DNA of 64,000 bases from Adineta vaga. Its lineage: Eukaryota > Animalia > Rotifera. The stretch is from NCBI GenBank assembly GCA_021613535.1, contig CP075497.1, forward strand, positions 7,440,001-7,504,000. Direction: 5' to 3'. Positions within the stretch are counted from its first letter, which is position 1. Every line of letters begins with the position of its first letter. The position numbers and the translations under genes were made by a program. Below, piece after piece: positions 12,990-26,378 of the stretch. Under the pieces are notes generated by a model that searched no databases, was not told where the DNA came from, and saw only the letters and a program-made list of their open reading frames with translations.

Positions 12990-15176
12990 ATGGGGCTTAT
13001 GCTATTTACACATTATCTTTTTGGCTATGTCGGTAAGAAAACATTTGAGGAAACGAAAACTAAATTAAACGAATCGAATCTCAAGGTACAGCAATATGTT
13101 CAATTGGATTGGTTTTATCACTGTGCTCTGTTTACATATTTACACGTCGACAGATGGTTAATTTATTAGCTCATAAAGAAATAATCTAATTAATTTTCCT
13201 CTTTTGATTATTTGTAGCGTAGTGCTGTAGCAACATATTTAGCTGGTTTGAGTATTAGTGATAGTTGTCTCTTATCGCTAGGTCTTGTGATCGCCATTAA
13301 TTCTTCAATACCTCCCAATCAACAAAGCGAACTATTCTATTCATCACATTTACATAAATATCTTTTTCCGTATGTTTATGGTTGTATCATATGGTTTCAA
13401 TTTACAAGTGTTTGGGTAACGATTGGATTTGCTGTTGATCGATGGTTTGCCATTAAATGGCCTATGTTACATTACACTTACAGTTCTAAACGAGCATCGT
13501 AAGTTATTTTTAATGTTCTTCGTATAAATAGATGTGTAGGTGTAATTATTTTCTTTTATTCTTTCTAGTTACATTGTTCTTACTATCTATTGTCTTGGTT
13601 TTATTTATTCATTACCACGATTTTTTGAATATGAAACAAAATTACAACATGAAGAATTAATTCTTGTAGGAAACGTGACAGAACGTATTCAACATATAGT
13701 TATCAACAATAAAGTTTTACAAAATCGTACTTATCAATATATTGTTCATCTTCGTAAGAAATAAATTCTCGTTATTTTAAAAGATAAAAAGAAATCTCTT
13801 TGATTTTTCTTTTTAGTTCTCTATAGTCTTTTTCAAAGTATATTACCATTATTAATGTTATCTTATTTTAATGTAGAACTCATACGAAGTATTAATGCTA
13901 GTTCGAATTTTCTTAAACGTTTTACATCCTTATATGTTCAAACAACACGTGTAGGACGTGATACAACTACTACTACTCCACGATATCGTGAAGGAACAAT
14001 CACACGTTCAGTGATATGTCTTATTGGATTATTTACATTATGTCAAGTACCTGCGTCTATTCTTCATTATATCTATATGTTTTATCGAAATCATCCTATT
14101 CTTTACATTTGTTACGATATATCAAATTTTTTAATTCTTGTTAATAGTGCAGTAAGAAAATAACAATATTTCTTTATTGATAGTTTTGTTTATTAAATTT
14201 AGGTTAATTTTTTTATTTTTACATATTGTAATCGAAAATTTCGTCGTGAATTAGCTCGTGTTTGTTTTCATCCTCGAACCAATCGAAATATGATGTTACG
14301 TACATCAAGTCATCAATCATTTCGACGAACAAATTCGTATATGAGAACACCAGCACATAGTTCACATAATTTACATCAACTTGACGTACGTATTTTTTAC
14401 GGCAGATGAAGAATCATTTCGAAAATATTCTTTAGAACTAATTGCTTTCAAATTTTTTCAAAAGAGGAAGGAAGGAAATTATCAGAAAAACAGAAGATAG
14501 AAATGATTTTTTCTCACGCATCTATGTCTATCTGTATTTATAGATCACACAAACCAATTCATGGGAGTATCAACGACGAAATAGTCCGATGATAATTCAA
14601 ACAGACATAGGAATGAGTAGTGAATGTAAGAATCCATTACATAAGAAGTTTTCGGATGTTTCAATTCAATCGCAATATCATCTACATCCATTTTATAAAC
14701 GTTCAGATTCAATGCTCAGCATTCGAACATCAAATATGCATAATAATAATAATAGTAATCAAACACAACACCAGGGAAACTTTTCTATATGTGATTCGAA
14801 TTATCAACAATCAAATCATTTTCCGTATATAAATGATGAACAAGACCTTCAACTACCAGTAATTAAAACAAACCGAAGTTATAAACAACGTTTATTATTT
14901 CGACGTAAAAAACATTCATTAACAGATCCGACCAATGTATATCATCAACCTTCACAGAATAAAATAAATAAACGTACAAAAAAGAAAGCAAAATCAATAT
15001 TCGTATACAATCCAATTACATCTTCATCGTCGACAACCACTACATCGAACGTAACACGCTCAACAATTAATACAACTGGTTCGGAAAGTTCCGTATTGGT
15101 TGATCGACAAAATACTAAACTAACGGACTCAATCAATAATAAGAAACAAAAATCCAGACATTTTTTTCGTAAATAA
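12990..15176 (+). CDS. Class A GPCR, FMRFamide/peptide-receptor-like, with long C-terminal tail
   Basis: Exons approx. 12990-13032, 13086-13157, 13218-13498, 13569-13753, 13817-14151, 14203-14385, 14544-15176. TM2 YLAGLSISD, TM3 SVWVTIGFAVDRW, TM4 YSLPRFFEY, TM5 LPLLMLSYFN, TM6 FTLCQVP, TM7 NSAVNFFIF. Confidence 0.85.
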
Positions 15177-15706
15177 TCCAATGTTCTTCTTGTAAGTTTC
15201 TCATACAACGCAATATTCTCACAAAAGTGAACTCTTATTTTCGATTCTATTCTACCAATATAAATATATATCTATCTATTTACTTCTTGAACAAAACAAG
15301 ATTTCCTCCTTAGAGAGAACTCGAAACCCAAAGGAAGTTAGCAGATGATTCGTTATGACATCGATTATAGTTTATAAAGGACAAGGAAACTTTATTATAC
15401 TGCATTTTGACTTTTACATGAAAACATATTTCAATCAATTTCTTCTTCGAAAAACACATTACTCATCTGGGAGATCTTTTATGGATTTCGATTCTAATTA
15501 AAAATACGATTTCGTAGGAGTCAAAAGAGTCTTCGTGTTACAGATTAACTAACTAATTTCATTAGATCAAAAATGACTTCCGAGATATTTTCTCTTAATT
15601 ACAGTACGCATTAAAATACGAATAAATAAAAGAAACCAAACAAAGATAGTCTATCTATAGAAATTTTATTAAAGGTTCTTCAAAAAGAAAGAAATGATAC
15701 AGATTA

Positions 15707-17894
15707 TCAACATGTTTTCGTTGTACTTCGTTCTTTTCCACTTATATCAGTTATCAATGATTGTAATAATGTTAATACAGTAACAAATACTCCAATAGCA
15801 ACATAAAATATTCCAATAGAAATCGAAATAATATTTCCCCATGAATTCACCCAGTTTTGTTCAACATGAAAGTATAAACAAAGACCTAAAAAAAAGCAAA
15901 TGATGCAAAAAATTCGGAATCCTTTCTCACCTGGAAATATAAATATAAAACTTGCAGCTAATGCACCAAGATAATGAATTGCTACGGATATATTTGGTAA
16001 GTAAATAGCGCCAACTAATGTCGAAAAAAACCAAAGACAAACAATTAAAATTCGACGTTTTGTTGATTGTCTTATATCCGTAGCAATCAATGATGTCGAA
16101 GTTTCATTTGATAACGAATCAATCGCCGTTCTAAAATTTAACAACAAACTATTCATTTCGTTTCAAATTGCTTCTTACCTTCCGCAAAATAAATTGACTG
16201 GATAAGCTGTATAGGTTTTAACTGCAACCATAATAATTGCAATGAGTACAACAGATGATATTGGATGATAAGACATAAGAATATCATGATCAACTTTAAC
16301 ACCAAATGTCAGGTAACCACAAACAGCTACTAGACAATAACTGAGAATTAGAACAATTGTTGAAACTAATGTTGCCTTGATACAATCAGCACGAGTTCTC
16401 AAGGAAACAAAGACAGGAACAGCATTGACATGTGCCTATGAATTATTAATTCGATAAAAAAAAACGCTTTGCTCATAAATATATAAAAATATACTTGATA
16501 ACAAAAACACATTGTTGGTAAAACAAGAAATACATCAGTCCATGAATCAGGTCTAAAAAGATCAAATTCAATGAATTATTTATGTCAAAAGTCTGGTTCA
16601 TTACTTTGTTTTAACAATCACATCAGAAGATTTATTTTTAACATATTCAATAGGTACAATAATCACAACATAAATAATCGCCAAAACACCTAACATACTA
16701 GAAATAATTTGATTTCATTCATGAATTATTTCCTATTATTATTTTTTCTTTGATTACCTGGGAATTTGAAGAAATTTAATTGTTTTGGAAAAACATAATG
16801 GAAATATAAATAATAATGATGTTATTGGTATTGTAAATCGACGATCAAAATACCAATGCCGACAAAATAATGGATCCATATAAGATAAAACTAAATGAAA
16901 GAAAACGTAATTATGTGCAAGAATATTCTTCTACTCACATACATCGATCTAATTGATCACCAATAATAATAAAAAATGTTATACTCAGTCCATACCTAAA
17001 CATCATTTCAATTCATTTTTTTACATTTCTTTTTCAAAGATAGTATGTACATATATAATATAATACAAACAGAACAAATTCTTTGCCAAATTTTCCCACA
17101 TTTCATCAAAACAAACGTTTCATACGATGATGTTGATGGATCACAACAAACGAATAAAATAGCATAAGCGCCAAGTACTAATAAAACAACTATCTAACAG
17201 AAACAAAAAAAGAAGATTGAAACGAATATTTTTCAAACTTACTCCATGTAAGATAGAACTGATAAATATTCCACCTGCGTCATCATATGATTTGGCTATA
17301 TTGAGTAGACCAGCCTAATTAATTATTAAAAAAAAAGAATTCACATACATTCTCTTCTTTCTTCGGATATATTAAAAAGATGCTGAATGAACTCGTATTC
17401 AAACTTCTCCTGACTTGTTTGTGATGGATATTGATTCTAAAGGTTCCTAGATATTTCTGTCAAATTCACCTGTGTCACGTCATATCATCTATCGCTGTGG
17501 GATTTCTTTATTTGATTAATGTATTTTTATTTCATGATAAGAATCAAATGTCTCTAAAAGAAAATCTTCGTCCATTTGACCTTCTGGTAATCTGTTAGAT
17601 CTAATTAAATCTAACAGAAACTCTCATGAATATATTTATATCATTCAAGATTCAAAAGATTATTATTTGTTAAACAGACGACTTACGCCCATGGCTGCAT
17701 TAACAATTAGACCAGCCGCCATAATCCATGACATTGTGGCTAAAATGACGGATATATTAATAAATAATTATCAAATACCTTTCAACAATATACATACAAC
17801 GTCCACGAATAGAAACTTGTGAACCATTATCAGAATTGAGTAAAGCTAAATTTTCATCATCGATTACTGCTGATGTATCTGATTGAAGATCCAT
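15707..17894 (-). CDS. SLC38A7: Sodium-coupled neutral amino acid transporter, SLC38A7/8-like
   Basis: Multi-exon gene. IVNAAMGAGLLN, FLIIIGDQLDR, WYFDRRFT, PTMCFCYQAH, TAYPVNLFCGR and GALAASFIFIFPG are characteristic of SNAT7-type Aa_trans proteins. ATG at 17894 (MDLQSD). Confidence 0.85.
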
Positions 17895-19754
17895 TTTATA
17901 TGATTAAATAAAGTACTGAGTTTCAGATCTAAAAAAAACCATCAAAGAACAAGAATAGTTTGATCATTTCTTTCACAAACACAATCAATTAGTGTTGATT
18001 TCTGATGAAACAAAAGAATCTGTTATCGATATTTCATTACAAAATGAATCATTTGAAAATCTCCCAAAGTAGTTAAAAATGAAAACTTGTTCAACTTATT
18101 CATGTATCACCTTCACATTTATTATGTCAATTTAACTGTTCCTATGATGTATTAATCCTCATAGCGTGTCTCACTTTTCTTTTCGAATCTATTGGGATTG
18201 AAATATCATTTACAATGTAACTATTTCTATAGTGCATGTCGGAGGTAACTAGCGAAGGAATTATCGAGATCGCAACTCACTCACCTTCTGATAATAATAG
18301 CATCTTTAACTGATTCAGACGATGGGACAAACAATTTTATGGGAATGTCACAAGAGAAAGATTTCGAAGAGTGTATATGAGATAGTTGATAAATTTTGGA
18401 AAAAACTAAAATCTTCAGATCATGCCAAATGAATAAGCTAGAAAAATACAGATGTTAATTATAGGATTACCTTAATGTAACTCTTCTATCTGATAGTGAT
18501 AGTTACAGACACCATTTTATTCGTCATATATATCATTAATTCTTGAAAATAATAGTATTTTAAGTTCTAATTCATGTTTACCGTTGTTATTTATATAAAA
18601 GCTTCTGAACTATAATAAAACTTATATATAAAACTATTCAACATTTTTTTGACATAACATATGTAATTAACTGAATCAAAATATGGACATGCGAAATACG
18701 TCCTTCCCCTCTCGTCTCGTTCTTTCGTTTAAAAACAATAAAAGAACGTGATTAGTCTTCGAAATTATCAATAAAAATAGTTCTACAGGTTGAAATTCAA
18801 AAATCTATTTTTCACACATACAAATGAATAAACTAGTTTCTCAAAAGTTGTTAGAAATATTTCAAGAAAAAAGATCAATTTCAAATTCAAAACATGAAGA
18901 AATTGCAAGTAGCGTTCAATCAAACAGATTATGAATTGCTTTTTGATTGGTTGTCGTTTCATCCAATAGATAGAAGAAACGACAAAATCTTATTCTTATA
19001 TTCTATTTTCAAGAAAAAACAGAAAAAGAAATTGAATATCTGTCAATATATATCATCTTATTATTATTAAATTATCCATGAGAAGACAGATACGACCATC
19101 AGTGAGATTTTACCATAAAAAAGTCAATTACTATTAGTTTAATGAATAAATTATAATTCAAATTTCTTCTTATCTGAGTAGAATATTGTTTTGTTCGTAA
19201 ATTCTTAGTGCGAATACGAATCGTTTGATTATAATTCGTAGAATTTTAACGAATGTTTTTATTTTGTATACTTATAATATTAAATTCGATGATTATTCGA
19301 ATATTCTCTTTATTTCTTATCCAAAGTAAATATTTAATCGCCTATTTTTCTTTGAAAAGAAGGGATTATTTATCAATTATACTTCGCTTAATTGCTCATT
19401 TCCTTTTGTAATAAGTCTTACAAAGTATACTCAATTATTTCATAGTAAACAAGAGAAATTAATTTTTTCAGTTACTCGATAAAACCACGTGATAAATAGA
19501 ATGAAATATTATCTTTGTTTTATCATAGATAACATAGAACAAAGAATAAGAACATGAAAAATAGCAAATTCTTTCGATTATTTTCATGAGCATAGTATTC
19601 AATGATGCGATTTAAGTGATAGAAATAAGATAACAACTTTTTTTTGTTTCTGATTACACATACTTTGCGATAGCATTGATTGGAATACAATCAAATCTCC
19701 TTTGTTCTTTTTCTAGTATTTATCATTTCAGTATGTACAACAGTCATTCAAATC

Positions 19755-22700
19755 ATGTTTGATTCACTGAAAGTAAGTAGAAACATGTTTGCATTAAACA
19801 TATGCTTTCTTTTTTTCTTTCTTTCTAGGACAATGGGTTTATTAGCGTTAGCGAAAAAGCCGATCGTGAAACGTTAAGTACTATTGAAGGTGAATATTAT
19901 AATGGAGAGAATTTTGATCCAAAAGAACATGAACTACAAGTAAAAACATTTCCTTTTGTATTTTGTTTTATATTTAATGATTGTTATCTTAGAAATTACT
20001 TTCGACAATTAAAGACAATCCATTTCTTGATCTTGCTGATGTTTTAAATCGTCGTGATCGTCTTAAAGTTCAACTGATTGCCGTTCGTAGAACTAGACAA
20101 TTAAAATCTCATATTTTTTGTTTGAACATTTTCAGGTATCAAAACGTGTATCAAAATTAATTCTAGAAAATAGTTCAGCATATACATCTGAATTACAACG
20201 TGTGACAGTATTAACAAGTGCATTACAAGATTCGATTGAAACATGTTATAATGCTCGAAGGTAATTTGTAAAAATTGTGTTTTAGGAAAACAGATGAGAA
20301 ACATTTTAATTTTTGATTAGTAATCTTCGACATGCGCAATATCAAATAACAACACGAAATTTAACTTTAATTCGAAATGAAATGCGCAAACAACAATGGA
20401 TTCATGTTCTTCAAAATATTGAAAAATTAAAGAAACTAGTTCGTAGTTTTTCATTTCTAATAAAAAAATATTTCAATCGAAAATCTTTGATTATTTAGCA
20501 TAGCATCGATCAACGACTAAAAGAAATGGTCAAAGTAAGATTTACTACTTATAATGAAACATAAATTTGAAATTCTATTTTCATTTAGCATGAAGATTTT
20601 GTTGGTGCTATACAATTATATTCTCAGTGTGGAAATACTGTCCATCAATATAAAGAATATCAATGCATTAGGTAAAAGAAAAAAAACAATCATTACCATC
20701 ACGGAAGAACTTTTTTTTTATAGAGATCTTTCGTCCAAACTTCAGGATACATTAGATTTTATTGAAGAATCAATTGATGTTACATTAGCTAAACTTTGTT
20801 CACATTTTAATCCACATACTTATCAAAGTTTATTGAATGCATATCGTTTATTAGGAAAATCATTGACATCTATGGATCAATTGCAAATGCATTTTCTTAA
20901 TGTAGTACAAACACGTACATTAGAAATTTTAGTTAAAACAGTTGGAACGATGAAAAATGAACAAAATCTTTCGTCGTATACAGATTTATGCAAAGTAAGA
21001 AAACAAAATCGAATAAGATTATAATCGATTTGATGAAATCTATTTAGATAATTCCAGAAGAATCATTTTCCAGTTGTTTACATGATCTTAATGTATGCTT
21101 TTGGCAAATAATCAAATCGTATAAATTAGTTTGGCTTTGGCATGAAAGAAATTCACCATCTATCGAAGGTAAATTTCAATTGATTTATCATTCACTGTAA
21201 AACGATCTCATTATTTACTTTTCAATTAAATCTAGCAACAAACAGTGATACACCTGAACCAAGTCAGGAATTTCTTCTTCAAAAACTCGAAAGTGGATCC
21301 GGTCGTTTATGGCATGAAATTCAACAAAAGATGAAAACATTTATTCTAGAAAATAACATGTCACATTTTAAATTTGAAGCATTTTTACAAGTACTAAAAA
21401 TGACAAATCGGTATGTATTTATATTATTGAATAAGAAGAAGAAGAAAGAACAAAATTATTTGATAGATTAATGGAAATTGGTGAACAATTCTGTCAAAGT
21501 GATTCTAATGTTCTTCAAGAAGCTATGCGTCGGCAAAGTATAGTTTATTTTCGTTCATATCATAATGGACGTTTAGAAGAATTGAAAATGTTTTTGGAAA
21601 ATGAAATGTGGCAATGGTGTCCAGTGAAATCTACATTTCATATTACTCAATTACACGTATGTCTATTACATATTAAAGATTGATTCAATTCAGAAATATC
21701 GAATTGTATACTTCAGGAATTTCGATTTCTTCGTGAAACATCTTCAATTGCATCTGATTTAACAACATCAACATCATTTAATCAAAAAGCAGATTTAGAT
21801 TTATTTGATCGATATTTATATACAGATCGTGAACATCCATTTGATCTTGATCAAACTCGAACAACATTATCATCGTCACCATCACAATATAGTACAAATT
21901 CTTTCGATGGTGGTGATGATGGAAATATCGTGAATGGAACTTCAAATAATGTTTGTTGACAAAAAAGATTGTTTTTAGTTTGAAAATACGAAATGAATTT
22001 ATTGATTCATAGGAAAAAAAAATTCGATCAAATTCGAATTCATCATCGGATTCTGATGGTGAAAATGAGCGTAAAGGACGATCAACGCATCGAACACGTT
22101 CGCGATACAATGACGAAAAAAATGGATCAACAATTGTGACAAATACAACTTTAAATGTGACTAGATTATTTGGTAAGAAAAACGTCATTCTTCAGATTTG
22201 TTTATTTAAAATGATTCTAGGTCGATATATGGAAATGATTGAAATGTTGAAGCCAATTGCTTTTGATGTAATTATCTGTATGACACAACTTTTTGATTAT
22301 TATCTTTATACAGTTTATACATCATTTGCTTGTGATATGGTAAGAACTTTTATTTAGAAGAAGTTTAAAAATATTTATTGATGATTTTCTAGAATGAAAT
22401 TCCAATTGATGCCTTAAGTAGTAGATTACGATTTACAATCAAACGTATTAGTGATAATTTAATTGCAAATGTAAGATATAATTCAATATAAATCAAATGA
22501 GGATTAACACTTTCCTTTTTTGTTTAGAATAATTTCGAAGCAGCATCTAATGTAAGTATACATTTGTGTATCCATCTAATGAATGAATAATTGATAAATT
22601 CTAGTCAACTAATCGTGAGTTGATATATTGATCAAAATGACTAATAGCTTGATTGACTATTGAGACATGCATGAAACTATATTTATTAAAAAAATATGTA

Positions 22701-23704
22701 GAGTACCTTTGTTTTTTATAATTATGTCTAGGAAAAAATTCCTGCCGCTCATCTATCTCCATTAGTTGACATCAATAGTTCATCAAGTATTCTTTATGGT
22801 CTTCCACAACGTGTTGTTGCCGCTGAATCATTAGTTTTTCTTGCCGAACAATTTGATTTTCTTCTCCCGTATCTTAAACTAATGATTCCAACTGAACGTC
22901 ATACATTTCTAATTCAATTCTATTCTCAAACTGTTCAAGTGACACATGAATTACGTATTCCTATTTATCATAATGTTTCTGCGAATATTCTTGATTATAT
23001 GTCCATTGCCTTAATGATAAGTAAAGTCAATTGGGATATAGGAGAAATTTTAACTCAACATAATATTTATGTTGATGAACTTGCAAATGAATTACAAACC
23101 TTTCGAAATCGTCTTGATCATATTAATGATCAAGCTTTGCCAATACCAAAAGCTGTCTATCGAACCTTATGGGATCAAATTTTAGATAAAGTTTTTTATA
23201 CCATGGTTGAAGGGTAAGATTGAATAGAGATACAAGCTAAATTGTTGATTGATTCTTTCTCTTTTTTTTAGTTATGCAAATGCAAAACGATGTAGTAATG
23301 AAGGTCGAGCATTAATGCAATTAGATTTTCAACAATTACTTCGACGACTAGAACGTATTATTGAAGATATGAAGTAAATTTTTGATTATTGAAGTTCTTT
23401 TTTATTTGAAATATATTCATTGTTTTTCTTAGACCTTTACCACATAAAGAATTTGTTGAAAATTATATAAAAGCATATTATTTACCTGAACAGTCTATCG
23501 ATCAATGGATTCGAGATAATACGGTATGGAAATAATAGATGATATTCTCAGATATTTATTTATTTATTATAGATATATACAACAAAACAACGAATGGCAT
23601 TAGTATCAATGATGTCTCATTTGAGTAAAAGGAAACGTGCACAATTAAGTCAATATCTAGATGAACAAGAGCGATCTCGTACTCCTGTCTCGGCGTCGTC
23701 ATAG
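19755..23704 (+). CDS. VPS50: Syndetin / VPS50 (EARP complex subunit, CCDC132)
   Basis: About 20 exons. [122 protein letters not shown]. Stop TAG at 23702-23704. Confidence 0.93.
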
Positions 23705-23976
23705 ATCAAATACTCAGTTCATTAGCTTTGATGCGTGTGCAATATAGTTTTATTCATTCCGAACAATCGTTTTTCTTTTCTCTCTGTATGTGTGTTTGTG
23801 TCTTTCGTAAATATAAATATCTTGTCTTTTTTTTTCTGTCAACTAGTCATTGATGGGTGTATGTATTACCATTATTAACTCATCTAGAGAGAAGTTTTTC
23901 TTTTTCAGCAATAAATCTATCCTATATTTGTTCGTTTGATTTTTAGTAAAATAACTTATGAAACTTTTCTTCAGAG

Positions 23977-24768
23977 ATGGCATCGATTTTAAGAGGTTAC
24001 AATCAATTTGTTTTACGTTATCCTCTCGTAGCAATGAGTTTAACAACAGGTAGAAAAGATTTCGATGAAAAAATTGATTGATTATTACCTTTGTTCCACA
24101 GGAACAACGATGGGATTGGGAAATGTTATTTCACAAACAGTTATTGAAAAACGTAGTTTAAGTACTGTTGATTGGTCTCGTGTAACTCGATTTGCTGCTT
24201 TTGGTTATTTATTTTCGGTTTGTTAACAACAAATTCAATTCAATACTGTTGAATTTTTGATTTAATTAGGGACCATTTCTTCGATATTGGTATTATGGAC
24301 TAGATAAATATTTTGCCGGTGCAAAATTAAAACCTGTGAAAATGATGATCATTGATCAAGTTAGTTTAATTTGACGGTAAAAACAAAAGCGACACAAGAG
24401 AAGTTGAATTGATTCTAGATCATTGCCGCACCACTTTTGAACAGTGTCATTCTGCTTTATCTTCCATTATCAAGCGGTAAATCGATGGACGAATCAAAAA
24501 AACGTTTTAGTGAAGTAAATCAAATGAAATTTGTTTTTAGTATGTGATTAATATTTCGTTTGGATTATAGGATTTTCCAACTGTAATGAAAGGTAATTAT
24601 TCAGCGTGGCCTGCTATTCAATTGACGAATTTTTATTTTGTCCCAATACAACATCGGTAAAGAAAAAATCGTTCTTCATCACAATTGAATGAATATATTT
24701 CTAGGGTCTTATTTGTGAATGTATGTTCATTAGTTTGGTCAACATTTCTTGCTTTTGTAACGAAATAA
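23977..24768 (+). CDS. MPV17: Mpv17/PMP22-family membrane protein, copy 1
   Basis: Six exons. TTGTTMGLGNVISQ, GPFLRYWY, KMMIIDQIIAAP, NYSAWPAIQLTNFYFVPIQHRVLFVN...WSTFLAF. Confidence 0.87.
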
Positions 24769-25270
24769 TTTCGTTTCAATATAGTCTATGATTGTTTTTT
24801 TTTCACGTTTCACTAATAAAATTATTTAGTCTAGCACAAATTATCATTTTTCAAAAGAGATATCGTTCTTTCGAATTTTTTTTGATCTCAAACGATATTT
24901 TTATGTAAATTAAAATATACGAAGAAGATTGATTCACTTGTATTCAAATAATTCTCTTCTATATCTCTTATTGTTTTCATATTAGTTCAACAAAAGAATT
25001 GCCACATGCTACTATAGATTAAAAGTCCAACACTCTATGACTAAGTACATCTTCGAACTATTTTATCTCTTTCATTCTCTATTCATTTTCGTAATGTTTG
25101 ATTTCGACTAGAAAACAAGAACGTCAGAGAAAGAAAAAATAACATTTCGATATACATATATACATGACTGTGACACACACAATTGGCAAATAAATTTATC
25201 TAGTGTAAACAGACTTATCTATCATTTCAATTTTCAATTTTTCTTCTATTGTTCAATAAAATTCATCATC

Positions 25271-26212
25271 ATGTTCACCTTACAAGTAGCGATGGCATTC
25301 TCCACCTTTTTTGGAGATATCTATGCCAAACTGAAATTACTCCTACGAGTTGTGTTATCTGGTAAGTGGTGAACAAATATGAATTGAATTAGATTTATAT
25401 TAACAAATTTGTTTTAGTCTTTGCTGGAACACTTAAAAAATATAATAATTTTGTTCTACATTATCCATTATTATCAATGGCATTGACAACAGGTTGATAT
25501 TTTCTTTTGATTTCTATATTTGGATTAAAATAGATTGTGATTTACATTAGGAACAACAATGGGTTTAGGTAGTATTATATCTCAAACAATTATTGAACAA
25601 CGGGGATTGCTCGATTTGGATTGGGATCGAATTTTTCGCTTTGCTGCATTTGGTTACATATTTTCAGTGAGTAGACCGTTTTCTCGTTTTTTTCATTGTT
25701 TTGATTTTGATTGATTAGGGTCCATTTGTTCGTTATTGGTATTATGCTTTAGAAAAAGTCTTTTCAAATACGAGATTAAAACCGATTAAAATGATGTTTG
25801 CTGATCAAGTAAGATTCTTCTATTGTTTCTATCTTTGATTAAGAATATATTTTCTTCTTTAGACTATTGCTGCACCCTTACTCAATGCAGCAATGATCGC
25901 ATATCTTCCTTTAGTCAACGGAAAATCATTTGATGAGATTAAATTACGATTTCTTCTTGTAAATATCAAAAAGTTCTATGAATCTCTCGTATTATCTTAT
26001 GAATATTTAATAGGATTTCCCAACAGTGATGAAAGCGAATTATGCTGTTTGGCCTTTGATTCAATTAACAAATTTTTATTTCATTCCTGTTCATCATCGG
26101 TATGTTTTCATACATAAAAAATTCTTAGAATTAACTGCCATATTTTAGTGTACTTTATGCGAATATGTGTGCAATTATTTGGTCAACATTCGTTGCCTTT
26201 GTAACAAAATAA
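25271..26212 (+). CDS. MPV17: Mpv17/PMP22-family membrane protein, copy 2 (extra N-terminal exon)
   Basis: Seven exons with the same intron positions as copy 1, plus exon 25271-25361. MGLGSIISQ, KMMFADQTIAAP, NYAVWPLIQLTNFYFIPVHHR. Confidence 0.85.
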
Positions 26213-26378
26213 TTTTTCTTTGTTCTTTTTTCTGTTACTCTTGAATGAATGAATGATACAGATCGAAAAAATAATAATGATAACAAAAATCAAAGAGACA
26301 AATTTTTGCATGTTCACTTTTACATTATACAAACACATGGAAGCGAGACGAAGCAGAAAATTAACTAATAAGAAATAT

